A DNA stretch of 64,000 nt, from positions 40,734,001 to 40,798,000 of the forward strand of contig OX597835.1 of assembly GCA_951406725.2 (NCBI GenBank), written 5' to 3'. This DNA is from Octopus vulgaris (taxonomy: Eukaryota). Positions 25,721 through 38,220 of this stretch are shown here, piece by piece. How positions within the stretch are numbered: the stretch's first letter is position 1; every line of letters begins with the position of its first letter. The position numbers and the translations under genes are program-made. A model generated the notes under the pieces. It had not been told where the DNA came from. It searched no databases and saw only the letters and a program-made list of their open reading frames with translations.

Positions 25721-26338
25721 GGCAATGAGCTGGCCAGGTGAAATGCTTATCGGTATTTTATCCCATTATTACATTCTGAGTTCAAATTCCGCTATGGTTG
25801 ATTTTTGCCTCTCATCCTTTCAGAGTCGATGAAATAAGTACCAGTTATACACTGGGGTCCATTATCCCCTTCCCAAAATTTCAGGCTTTGTGCTTGTGGT
25901 AGACAGGATTATTATTATTATTGTCAAGCCAAGTGAGATTGTAGTCATGTCTGATACCAGTCTTATGTAATTGACCCCTGTGCTGGTGGCATGTAAAAAG
26001 CACCCACCACATTCTTCAAGTGGTTGGCATTAGGAAAAGCATCCAGACATAGAAACCATGCCAAATCAGACTGGAACTTGGTGCAGCTTACCAGTTTTCA
26101 GTGCAACCATCCAACCCATGCCAGCATGGAAAACAGACATTAGATGATGATGATTAATATTATTATTATTGTTATTACTATTGGGAATTTTTCGTTGTTA
26201 TATTTTCATTGTTAAACTGCTTTTTACTCGTTCTTTTTTTCACAAACGGACAAAACCTTTTGTAACCTTTCGTCCTGTTTTGTCCCTTTATGTTTTCCAA
26301 TCATATTTGTCAGCCCTTGTGGCCAATAAAAAGAATTA

Positions 26339-26370
<32 letters not shown>

Positions 26371-26426
26371 GTTTTCTAAAGTATTGGATTTTGACTTTTG
26401 AAGTATTTTCTCTTATTTTTTTCTAG

Positions 26427-27404
26427 TTTGTTCCGTCCAAAGCTGATCACTCAAAGGCCTCCAAATGTCCAGGATTTCAAAATTTGGTATCTTACTTGGA
26501 AACAATTTGTCTTCTGCTGAAAGTCTTACCAGAAATTGAAGAACTTGCCAAGGACCATTTCAACACATTATACAATTTACATGTTGTGAAATATAAAGGT
26601 ATGGAATCAAAGGAGTATTTAGCCCTTGGTTGTGTCTACATCAGCTGTCGGCAGCACAATGCTCTGTACACCCTGCTGGAGATTGCTAAGCTGGCCAGGT
26701 GCAACGTATTTAATCTTGGCAATGCTTACAAGACTGCCATACAGTTACTTGGACTGAGTCTGGAACAATCTGGAATCGGTGCTCTGAGCCGGCAGCTGTT
26801 CTCGCAGTCGAATCTGACAGTCGCTGTTATTTCTCGGGCTCATGAGTTGCTTCATCTCAGCAACAAATTTTGGTTGGTCAGTGGGAGGAATCCAGTTGGG
26901 TTATTGCTGGCTGTTTCATATATATCGTGGAAAACTGAGAAACCTGTGGAACGGTGCAAAATATCTGCTCAGAAATATTGCAAAGAACACAAACTGACTT
27001 TCTCTCCGATGGTGAAGCAAAGAATTGGTGAAATTGAGAAAGTGTTGTTCCATCTCGCTCTGGAATTGCCTTGGGTGAAAACGGAGCCAATCAAAGAACG
27101 GCTACCATTTCTAGTGAATGATATACTTAATTACCAGAAGTCTTTGATTCTGGAAATGGAAAGAAGCATAAATAATGAAAAAAACAGTGAAGAACAATTT
27201 CCGTTCATTTCCAAAAATAATTATGGAGAAATTCTTCCCCCTATTATGAAGAAAAAAGTGAAAAAAGTTGAAGAATCTGAACCTTATTCAGTTGCCTTAG
27301 TTACTTGCTGTGACGAAAGTGACAGTGAAGATCTCGACCAACTTGATGTAGATGACTACATCAAGTCGGAGAAAGAGATTGAAGCTTTGAAGAACTTAGA
27401 ATGA
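26427..27404 (+). CDS. BRF2: BRF2 coding exon 2, cyclin folds and C-terminal region
   Basis: Acceptor TTTTTTTCTAG in frame with exon 1; KEYLALGCVYISCRQHN, WLVSGRNP, LPPIM and DDYIKS align by eye to human BRF2 KEVLVGCCVLITCRQHN, WLVTGRHP, LPPCM, EQYLRT; stop at 27402-27404. Confidence 0.92.
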   Translation, partial: FVPSKADHSKASKCPGFQNLVSYLETICLLLKVLPEIEELAKDHFNTLYNLHVVKYKGMESKEYLALGCVYISCRQHNALYTLLEIAKLARCNVFNLGNAYKTAIQLLGLSLEQSGIGALSRQLFSQSNLTVAVISRAHELLHLSNKFWLVSGRNPVGLLLAVSYISWKTEKPVERCKISAQKYCKEHKLTFSPMVKQRIGEIEKVLFHLALELPWVKTEPIKERLPFLVNDILNYQKSLILEMERSINNEKNSEEQFPFISKNNYGEILPPIMKKKVKKVEESEPYSVALVTCCDESDSEDLDQLDVDDYIKSEKEIEALKNLE

Positions 27405-27594
27405 AAAGAAGCTCTTGTAGAGGAAATAAGTCTGGTATTTTCTGAGAGTTGCATGCATGTGGTTGGGTCTTGATGGCCGTCAGATTAGCAGTAAGGGATC
27501 CAAGTTCTATCACTGATGTTTACGACAGACAATTTCGCTACCCTGGGTAAAATTAATCTTTTATCAGCTAAATGCTACAGAAACTGGAGATTTA

Positions 27595-27820
27595 GAATAT
27601 AGCTGTACCAATCGTAAGGACATCATGCTCAGAATGGTCAGTGGCAAGAGAGGAAGAGGCCGACCAAGAACCCGCTGGCTTGACACCATCAAGAGTGATA
27701 CTGGAATGGACATAGCCAATCTGAAAGAAGCAGCCCAGGATAGAACTGACTGTAGGACACTGATCCAACGAGTAACCGAGAGTCGACTTCAACTGAGCGG
27801 ATAGATAGATAGATAGATAG
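27595..27820 (+). mobile_element. RTE LINE 3' fragment with (GATA)n tail
   Basis: GRGRPRTRWLDTIK...AAQDR reading frame. Confidence 0.7.
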
Positions 27821-29067
27821 TACCAATTGTTGTGGTTCAGAATATGATGAAATCAATATATGTGAGAGATGATTCTACTGTGCCTGTGATTGAGCAAAGG
27901 AGCTCCGATATAGTTGCTCTACTCGTTAGAAATAGCAACTAAATAACCCTCAAATCGCTTCCTAGCATCATGTAGTCCTGCATATTTACTAAAATAACAG
28001 AATACTTATAACTGTTATGCTTTTGATCGTAGATATACTCAATCACAAGTGACCTGGGTTTAACCCTTTAAACTCTTTACCAGTTCAACTGGTTATATCT
28101 GGCCCAAAAATGCTATCTGTTTTATGCTCAAGCCAACCAGATCCTGCTTCTCATACCTACACTACAATGTCATTTCTAAAGAAATACTATCACACCATTG
28201 AAATCTTGAAGCTAAGAGATAATGCATGATTAATTCAAAGCAATGTGAATAAATAAGCATTATATTTGACAAAGGGATCTGAATGCTAAAAGGTTAATCG
28301 ATAACTATTACCTTTTATCATGCCAAGGGAGATACACTGTGTCTATTTATCCGGTCAAGATCCACACATCATATTTATTTTATTCAACATCTACATGCTG
28401 TGTCAATCCATGCAGTCAACATCTGTTTATTGTTTGTATTTATCCAATAAACATCTACACCCTGTGTCTATTTATTGACTCAACATTTACACACTGTATC
28501 TGGCCATATAGTCAACTTCTACACTCTGTTTATCCAGTTAATATCTATACCAAGTGCTTATCTATCTAGTCAACACCTACATACTCTGCCTATTAATCCT
28601 CTTAACATCTACGAGCTGTCTGTCTTTCCATCCTACATTTACATACCGTGCCCCTCTGATCAAAAACACAACATGGTCTATCTCGCCACCCAGTCACCAT
28701 ATCCACACTCTTCTAATATCAGAGTAAATTTCGTTGTTAGACAAAAGACTAATGTTTCAGACAGAACCTTTGATTGGAGAGTGATAGTCACAATACTCCC
28801 AAGTAATCTTCAATCCCTTACTTAGACATTTCAATTCCCCAGACTACTCCCTTAACAACCCCACGGTAAAGTCACCTTACTCAGCCTTCATATGGAAACA
28901 CCAAGAAAAAGACTCACATCTTTACTCTGGGTGTTATTGGACCCCTTTTTCTTCCAGTCTATCCACACCTTCAGCTCTACCATTTTCTCCATCTCCAGCC
29001 ATTAAAGCTTTTTCTTAATCTCTTTTCACTGTATACGATATATGAGTTGGACATGTCTATATGTATT

Positions 29068-29279
29068 TACGAGGGTGCGCTGGAAAGTTATTGGCTTTGA
29101 ATAAAAGAAAATACAGAAGGATTAGGATTTTATTTACCATTTTCTCCTCTCAGATTCACAGATTTATTGCAGTGGTCCTTCAGTTTTTCTAAGCCCTGTA
29201 AAAGAACTCAGAGGGTTGAGCTTTCAACCAGGTCTTTCATGATACCCTTAAAGCCAGAAACTTTCAACACCCCCTTGTA
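29068..29279 (-). mobile_element. mariner-derived MITE
   Basis: TACGAGGG...CCCTTGTA termini; homologous to 20231-20448. Confidence 0.7.
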
Positions 29280-29291
29280 TGTATGTATGTA

Positions 29292-29340
<49 letters not shown>

Positions 29341-29527
29341 CCAAATGAATAATAGCAGATGATGTCAGCTCATTACAGCTATTTCTTCCGCATCTTTTAG
29401 AAGAATGAGGACATTACTTCATTACAAAAAAACCATAATCATCCGATGAAACATAATTTTACAAACAGAAGAATATCCCATGAATATGGCAGAGACATGG
29501 CTGAAGTCGGTCAAGGCTAACTATAAA

Positions 29528-29762
29528 TGCCAGCATCAGTTGTTAGTTGTCGGAGCACTGCATCCTTCAAAACTTCCATGCTTCCTGAGATTCGCCAACA
29601 CTACACCTGATTTTCTCCCCTCCATACACACACAAGCATGTATCGGACTCATACATTGTTCGCTTTCCAGACATGTGTACATTACTGCATATGCTTTATA
29701 CACACTTTTTGACAAGTTGTGGTGCACCTGAACACTGTATACAACAATTTCATTATTATTAT
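29528..29762 (+). mobile_element. CR1-type LINE 3' end
   Basis: Highly similar to the 3' part of 39850-40362; (ATT)n tail. Confidence 0.8.
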
Positions 29763-31128
29763 TTTTAACCTCTACAACAGCTTCTAACCTAAGGCCAATC
29801 AAATTTACTCCCTTTATCGTTAACCCAAAAGTCAGCTGATCTGCTTAATTGTCTAAGTCCACCTAGTCTCAGTCTTCTTTACCACTTCCTTACCACTCTT
29901 GCTATATTGAAGGAACTAACCATTCTATTTGTGGTGTACCCAGTATTATCCATTAGTGATTGCGAAAATATCTGACCTAGAAGTCGCAGCCTGCACACCC
30001 TTGTTAGTTCTTTCATCGGATGATTACATCATCATCATCATCGTTTAACGTCCGCTTTCCATGCTAGCATGGGTTGGACGGTTCAACCAGGGATCTGGGA
30101 AGCCAGAAGGCTGCACCAGGCTCCAGTCTGATCTGGCAGTGTTTCTACTGCTGGATGCTCTTCCTAACGCCAACCACTCCGTGAGTGTAGTGGGTGCTTT
30201 TTACATGCCACCTGCACAGGGGCCACGCAAGGAGTAATGTTCTCATTCTTCTATTTAAAAAATGCATAAGAAACAGTTGTAATGAGCTGACAATTATCCA
30301 TCATCTGTTATTATTCATTTGATTATAATACACCGTAGAGTATGCCAACAACTTGTTGGACACCGTAGAGTATACCAACAACTTATAATTCAATGCATGC
30401 TTTGGACAAGCCCCTGGAAGCCAGTTAGCCGCTCTGGCAACGATCACGCTTGGATGGTGCTCTTAGCACCCCAAACTATTGCAGATTATAAGAGTGTTTT
30501 ACCTGTACATACCGTTTTAATCTATCCAGCTATCCAAGCAGTATATACACTCACTGTGTGTATCTTTGTAAGTATCAAGTCAGTGTCTACACTGTTGGTG
30601 TCTCTAGTGACCTTTGGTCATATGCTGTGCTTGAGAAGACCAGTCAAGCCAAGTGAAATTGTAGTTGTGACCAGTGCTGGTGTCATTTATTGACTCAACA
30701 TCTACACACTGCATCTGGCCATATAGTCAACTTCTACACTCTGTTTATCCAGTTAATATCTATACCAAGTGCTTATCTATCTAGTCAACATCTACATACT
30801 CTGACTATTAATCCTCTTAACATCTACAAGTTGTCTGTCTTTCCATCCTACATTTACATACCTCTCTGATCAAAAACACAACAATGTCTATCTCGCTACC
30901 CAGTCACCGTATCCACACTCTTCTAATATCAGAGTAAATTTCGGTGGCACATAAAACGCACCCATTACACTCTTGAAGTGGTTGGTGTTAGGAAAGGCAT
31001 CCAGCCATAGAAACCATGCCAATTCAGATTGGAAACCTGGTGCAGCCCTCCAGCTTAGCAGCTTCAGTCAACTCATATAACCCATACCAGAATGGAAAGC
31101 AGACGTTAAATGATGACAACACTATACT

Positions 31129-31307
31129 CTCTCTTTTACTTGTTTCAGTCATTTGACTGCGCCCATGCTGGAGCACCGCCTTTGGTCAAGCAAATCGACT
31201 TATTCTTTCTAAGCCTAGCACTTATTCTATCAGTCTCTTTTGCCGAACTGCTAAGTTACGGGGATGTAAACACCTGAATCAGTTGACAAGCGATGTTGGG
31301 GGGACAA

Positions 31308-31340
<33 letters not shown>

Positions 31341-31503
31341 CATATACACAATGGGCTTCTTTCAGTTTTTGTCTACCAAATCCACTCACAAGGCTTTGGT
31401 CGGCCCGAGCCTATAGTAGAAGACACTTGCCCAAGGTGCCATGCAGTGGGACTGATCTCAGAACCATGTGGTTGGTAAGCAAGCTACTTATCACACAGCC
31501 ACT
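31129..31503 (-). mobile_element. SINE family A
   Basis: Family copy. Confidence 0.9.
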
Positions 31504-32644
31504 CGTCTAGCTATCTAGGCAAAATATATACATTATATGCACACAGTGTTCACCTAAGTAGCTATCCAGTCAAAATACACACACACTGTCAATTTATCTG
31601 GCTATCCAATCAACACATACGATCTAACGATCTCTCCATCCTTCCAATCAAGGTACACATGCTGTATCTATCTAGTCACTCAGTGCCTTCCCGTCAGAGC
31701 AATTTTTATTTTATTTTACAAAACCGAGATTTTGTCTTCTGCACAAATAACTCGGTTCTAAATTCCCAAAGTACAAAACAAATAAAACAGTTGCAAAGTA
31801 AATCCCTTTTTCTTTGTGGTCTTGTCTGGTTCTCTCCCAGATTCCACTGAGATTGACACAGCAGACCACTGCAAGCAGTGGGAGCATTGTAATTTGAAGA
31901 GTATTTTGTTAGCTTGCAGTATTAGATTAATTAGTAATTAGTATTGCTTCCTCTATAGTCTTTCCTAAAAAGGACCATGCAGTTACTTAGTCTACAACAA
32001 CCCCAAGAGTTAATTCCCAAGGGTGCAGGAACACCCCTGTAAACAGGAGCTCTCTTGTAAATGTTAAACTGCATCTTTTTATTTTTTATTTTTTTATTGT
32101 TTAACAATTATTTATTTTGTTTTCTTACTGACATCTCCCCTCCCCCTTTTATATATTTATAACAAATCCCTAATTTTTACAAAATGGGGGGAAAAACCCA
32201 ACTTATTTAAATAAACATATTCTTGAAAATTAATATGTCTTTATCTTTTTATCTTTTACTTCTTTCAGTCATTGGCCTACAGTCACCCTCCTGGGGCACC
32301 ACCTTCAAGTGTTTCGGTCATCTAGATTGCCCTCAGTACTTATTTTTTAAGCTAGGTATTCTAGTGGTCTCATTTTGCCAAATTGCTAAGTTACGGGGCC
32401 CTAAACACACCATCACTGGTTATCAAGTGGTGGTGGTGGTGGTGGGGGACAAACAGACACATATGGATTTCTTTCAGTCTCTGCCTACCAAATCCACTCA
32501 CAAGGCTTTGGTCACCCCAAGATTATAGTAGAAGAAAGACAATTGCCCAAGGTGTCACACAATGAGACTGAACCTAGAACCATGTGGTTGAGAATCAAAC
32601 TTCTTACCACTCAGCCACATCTATGCCTGCAGAATACTAATTTT

Positions 32645-33076
32645 GAATCTTTTCGGTTTGAAAGGCAGTTTTTTCTAGCGGTGTCATATGAAATTGTCAC
32701 CCATAATTATGACCCTAGTATCGATCTATTGCATTTCTATCTGTTTTAGGGTTAGGGGTGGGGGGAAGGGTATCTTTTTTTCTTCAGAAATGTAAATAAA
32801 CCCAATCTGTTTCTTAAACGAGGGATATATTCATACGGCACAATGTTTTTACCTCAATAGACGTCAGTGATTGGTTGAAATTGCAGAAATTGAAGAAAAA
32901 ACAACAAATATAATAATAATAATGAAATTAATAATATCTTACAAACTATAGAATTTTCTCAGTAAAGCCAAGAGAAAAAGATGTTTTATAAACACATTCT
33001 ACCAGTATACGAAGTTTAACATTTTTTAGTTACCTAGAAATTATGTTAAAAACTGCCATTCAAACCGAAAAGATCC
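32645..33076 (+). mobile_element. MITE family D with TSD
   Basis: TIRs; flanks CTAATTTT / CTAATTTA. Confidence 0.85.
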
Positions 33077-33448
33077 CTAATTTAAAAAAATATTTCAGCT
33101 CAAATGTGCCTCTACAGGTTTTCATGTACCTACAAATCACCCCTAAAATGTCTCCCACTCTGCTATGGTGTGGAGTCTGCCCCTATTTGTTGTTCATCAA
33201 CTTTTCAATTGTTTTATTAAAGTAAATAACATATTCTTCCTGTGCATGCAGCGAAGGTTCAATTTTTGGTCAGGCAATTTTATTTTATTTCTTTTTCTTT
33301 CCTCATATTTGTGAATTTCAGTGAGAAAGGAGAGTTCTACCATTATCTGCTGTGATAAGCAATGTGATTAGCTAATAAGGGAATCTCCAGATGGTTACAC
33401 AACACGCTAGAAATTGCAACCAAGTTTTTACCTCAAAACTGTCCCTAA

Positions 33449-34262
33449 TCATCATCATCATCATCATTTAACATCTGTTTTCCATGCTAGCATGGGTTGG
33501 ACGGTTTGACCGGGGTCTGGGAAGCCAGGCTCTAGTCTGATCTGGCAGTGTTTCTACAGCTGGATGCTCTTCCTAACGCCAACCACTCCATGAGTGTAGT
33601 GGGTTCTTTTTACGTGCCAGGCAAGGCTGGAGACGGCCACGATCGGTTGGTGCTTTTTACATGCCACCAGCACTGGTATCAGAGCTACAATTTCCATTGT
33701 CTTAAAAAAAAAAGTGATAGCTTTTATATATCATAGTCTGAAAAGAAAAAAAAATGTAAAAGATGGGATGGTCACAACTGCATTTTGATCATCAGTCACC
33801 ATTTCCTTAATCTGCTGACTTGAGGCCAAACAACAAAATACCAACATCCAAAGTTGGATGCTGGTATTTCCTAACCCATTGGTCATTTAAGATTATGGAA
33901 CATCATCATCATCATCGTTTAACATCTGCTTTCCATGCTAGCATGGGTTGGACGATTTTGACTGAGGACTGGCAAACCAGATGGCTGCACCAGGCTTCAA
34001 TCTTGATCTGGTAGAGTTTCTACAGCTGGATGCCCTTCCTAATGCCAACAACTCTGAGAGTGTAGTGGGTGCTTTTACGTGCCACTGGCACGGGGCCAGT
34101 CAGGCGGTACAGGCAACGACCTTGCTCGAATCTTTCACACATGCCACCGGCACAAGTGCCAGTAAGGCAACACTGGTAACGATCACGCTCGAATGGTGAC
34201 TTTTATGTGCTACCGTCACGTAGGCCAGATAGCCGCTCTGGCAACGATCACGCTCGGATGGT
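33449..34262 (-). mobile_element. Two SINE family C copies
   Basis: 33449-33680 and 33901-34262 carry the family motif. Confidence 0.8.
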
Positions 34263-34379
34263 ATTTTTTCATTCAACACCTGGATACCTCTCTAAAGCAT
34301 CACTGGTTCATATCCTGCACACAGCACTACATCATGTTTATTAGAGACTCTCAACTCTGAAACAGCTCAGTCCACCTAG

Positions 34380-35240
34380 CTGTAAATAAGTATCCCATCA
34401 TAGGAACAACTTGCTATTGTGGGCAACAATCAATCAGTGTATCCCACGTATATTTGTGCATCTGGCAGCAGCCATTCTCCAGTGTTCTTGTTATTTACAT
34501 ATTCTCTGTTTTCCCAGTGCCTGGTTGACAGCCTTCAGCTCTTCTCTAAGTGTTCGACACCATGTAACCCAGCATCTGCTTTGTCTTCTTCATCTCAATG
34601 TTGTTTTTGTACACCAATGATAAACCTGCTGCAAGATGTGACTAACTGGCCAGTTGAATCCTTGGTTCCATCAGAGAAAGACGATGTAAAATGATGAATA
34701 CATCCAGGAATAGAATTTCCAATATAGCTTTCATTTCTAAGTCTAGAAGATTTGGTCCCTATTTCTAGCAGGTGGAGAAACCAGTGTTTGAGCAAATGTC
34801 TCCACCAAATGTTGTTAAGTGACCAGAGAATTTTAGTTGTCGTTTCCTTATGATAAGATTCTTCACTTGACAAATGAGTTTACTAAAGTGTCCAATGTAT
34901 AGTCTTTGTACACATTCTCATAATGTGCAACAAACTAATGGAATCATGTACAGGCTTTTCTCTTTCCCATGCAGGCATGGGTTGCAGAGTTCATCACAAG
35001 CCAGCCCCTTATATGGAGTCACTGCTGCTGTCCTACATGGGTCAGAGTTCTACAACTTGCTCATATAATTCATTTTCTATAACTGGACGACCTTACTATC
35101 ACCTACCACTTAAGTCTCTCTCTTCCTATCACTCTAGTTGTACCAAAAAGTTCTGCTGCCAAAACAGTTTGAATGTCCAGTCAACCAACCCTAATTACCA
35201 GGCAACTGTGTGCAATCATCTCATTCCACTTTCACAAACC
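34380..35240 (-). mobile_element. Degraded RTE-like LINE relic
   Basis: Broken minus-strand frame TWCRTLREELK...WRMAAA. Confidence 0.4.
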
Positions 35241-35827
35241 TTCTAAAAGCACCAATATTTACTCTGGTTGATGATACTGGACAACCACAAAGTTGATAGC
35301 AGCAGGAAAGGAATTCTTGAGGGAGAACATTCTGTGAAAGAAGTGGTTGGTACAGAGAATAGTGGTGATGGATTAGGGACAAAAACATTACAGTTGAGAT
35401 GTGGACTTAGATGGAGGTGGATCGATCCAGTCAATTCTACACATCTAAAAATTTGTGCCAAAGTTAAGAATTGGTAATTGTAAAATTGGTGAAAATATAT
35501 TTTTTTGAAAAATGAAAACAAAAAAGCTGAAAGAAAAAACAAGAATTGGTAATTGTAAAATTGGTGAGAATCATCATCATCATCATCAGCATCGTTTAAC
35601 GTCTGCTTTCCATGCTGGCATGGGTTGGACGATTTGACTGAGGTCTGGCGAACCAGATGGCTGCACCAGACTCCAATCTGATCTGGCAGAGTTTCTACAG
35701 CTGGATGCCCTTCCTAATGCCAACCACTCCGAGAGTGTAGTGGGTGCTTTTACGTGGATATATAAAAAAAATAAAAATAAATGAAAGGAAAAACAATAAG
35801 TCAGGTCAGGCTGCAGCAATTCTTGTC

Positions 35828-38182
35828 TTTATTGAACTAAAGTTATTCTGAAACAATAACTACAGAACATCCCAGATCTTACCTCTTTTGCAGCAGGACT
35901 TAATAACAAAATCTCCATTTATTGGTGGGGACACATTCCTTTCTCCTTCTTCCAACATTTTTCTTTTTGTTTTAGTTTTTTTTTTTGTTAATTTAATTAA
36001 AAACTTCTTTTATTTACCAAATAAATTGGTAAATGGTTCAGAGAGATAAAATATCTTATCTAATTCCTAAAATTTAAACTTTTTGAAAGAAAAAGAAAAT
36101 AAATAAAAAAAAAAAGAGAGAAAAATCACAGACCACATCAGTTTTTGACTGAATATTATTTAAAGCAAAATATATAAAAAAAATTCCCCTCGCTCCAAAA
36201 TTTTCTTTTGAAAATTAAAAAATCCTCTCGAACTCTTAATAAAATTTTTGTCTCTAAACCTTTAAATAATCATATTCCTGAAGAGGCAAAACTGCTATGT
36301 TTCGCTTAATTCTGAAAATAATCAAGAATTTGGAGGGATTTATTAAAGTATTTCCATGTATTAAATCAATATTTGGAACATAACATCAAAAGGTTTTTAA
36401 AATAAATTAAATTATTGGAGGTTTAAATTGAAATATGAAGAATTTTAAAACGGTAGTTTTTTTTTTTTGTATTGTAGAACCAGAAATGAATTGGTAGGTA
36501 TTAAAAGGATTTCCACGTCTGTGTGTTGTTTCCTCCTAATTCTTTGCAAGATGTGTTTCTAGGCCACTTCTAAAGCCAAACAAAATTCATTCCTTTGTTT
36601 GCCAAAACAGATAGGAATCTATTTATACAGGTACAACCAAAGGATCAACGTTGCAAAGGAAAGATATTCACTGTGGCAATTAAACAATTCGTTAATCAGC
36701 ATTAATTTTAATTTCCCCTCGTTCTGTATTTAACATACTTACAATCTAATTGTTATTGTATGGCCCCTGATCAACCCTGATTGAGTAGACATATTACGAA
36801 AGGCATATCAGCAGTGACCATCCTATCATGCAGAGATAGGGAATCACATCATCCAATGTGTCCTTACCATTTTTTAAAGACAGTATGGTAAAATTTGGCT
36901 GTTTTTTCTAGCAGGTCAAACAGCTATTTAGAGGCAGTGGCCTCATCGGCTTGTTTAATGTGTCTCAAATGTATGAAAACAATACTTGAAACTGAACATT
37001 TCAAGTAATATTTTGAGATTTTGAAAATCCTGAGCTTTCCAGAATAGTTAATCTTAGATTAAGTAAGAATTTGAAGAAGCAATCGAAGAATCAGCAATGT
37101 TTTCTGACTAAATTTCTTCATCAAATTGTAAGAGTTCTTGTAGAAACTTTGGTCAGGAATTGCCTGCTGTTTGTGCTAATATCATTTCCAATCTTTCACA
37201 AATTTTCTTTTTATAGTTTCACAAACAACAATCCTAGATTCCCCAACTCATTGTTTGGACAAGTTAAGAAATCCCAATAGCAAGATCTGATAAACACTCA
37301 AATTAAAAGGCCTTTTGAGATTTCAGCTTATGATTAAAATATAACATAACGAACTTATTGTATATTGAGCTCAGGTGTGACAGCCTGAAGATTCTTCTAA
37401 ACTATTTCAGAGTGTGAAGCTAAAATAACATTGGTCTGATCTTGTCCAACTTGTACAGCTAGTAAAATAAATATTTATATACCAAATTAATTTGAAGTAC
37501 AAAAAATTTGAGCAGTTAAAGATTTTTGGACTTCTGTGTATTAGTGTCTGTGGACTTCAGGATCAAACCATAGCACCATATGCTAAAATGAAATATTTGA
37601 CCAAGATCTACACAGAGAGGAAAAAACAGGTATTCATACACACACACACACATTTATATATATATATATATATACACATACATACACAAATATATGTGTA
37701 TATATATATGCACACGTGTGTGTGTGCACATTGTATGTTTTTTGAAGCCAAAGTTTCACTGTTGCAACTTCGAGTTTACCATTTCCAGGAATGCATCAGG
37801 CAAGTGTTACAGGATATCATAACAGACCTGAGGAATATTCCATAGAATAGATAAGCTAAATGAATTTTAATTTGAACAAATAAATAAATTCTAATATATT
37901 GAATACTCTTTTGCCACTACAGCATAGCATTACATATATATATATATATACATATATACATATACATATATATATATATGTATGTAGTAGAGTTGGTTTT
38001 GGGGGTTGAAAATGCATTTTAGTCCTAAAATGAGTTGTAGTTTTAAAATTTTATATTTTGGTATTTTATTAAAGAATTTTAAAAATTACAATTCGTTTTA
38101 AGACTCAGGTGCATTTTCAAACCCCAAACCCCAAAACCAATTCTCTTATATCCTTACCTGCATGGAAATAAACTTCTTTTCT

Positions 38183-38220
<38 letters not shown>

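Noticed and set aside
27243-27245. A-to-I editing restoring the BRF2 redox Cys
   Set aside because: ATT can only be edited to GTT (Val), not Cys
28330-28720. CRISPR-like array
   Set aside because: Degenerate minisatellite of about 30 bp without unique spacers; eukaryotic context, no cas genes
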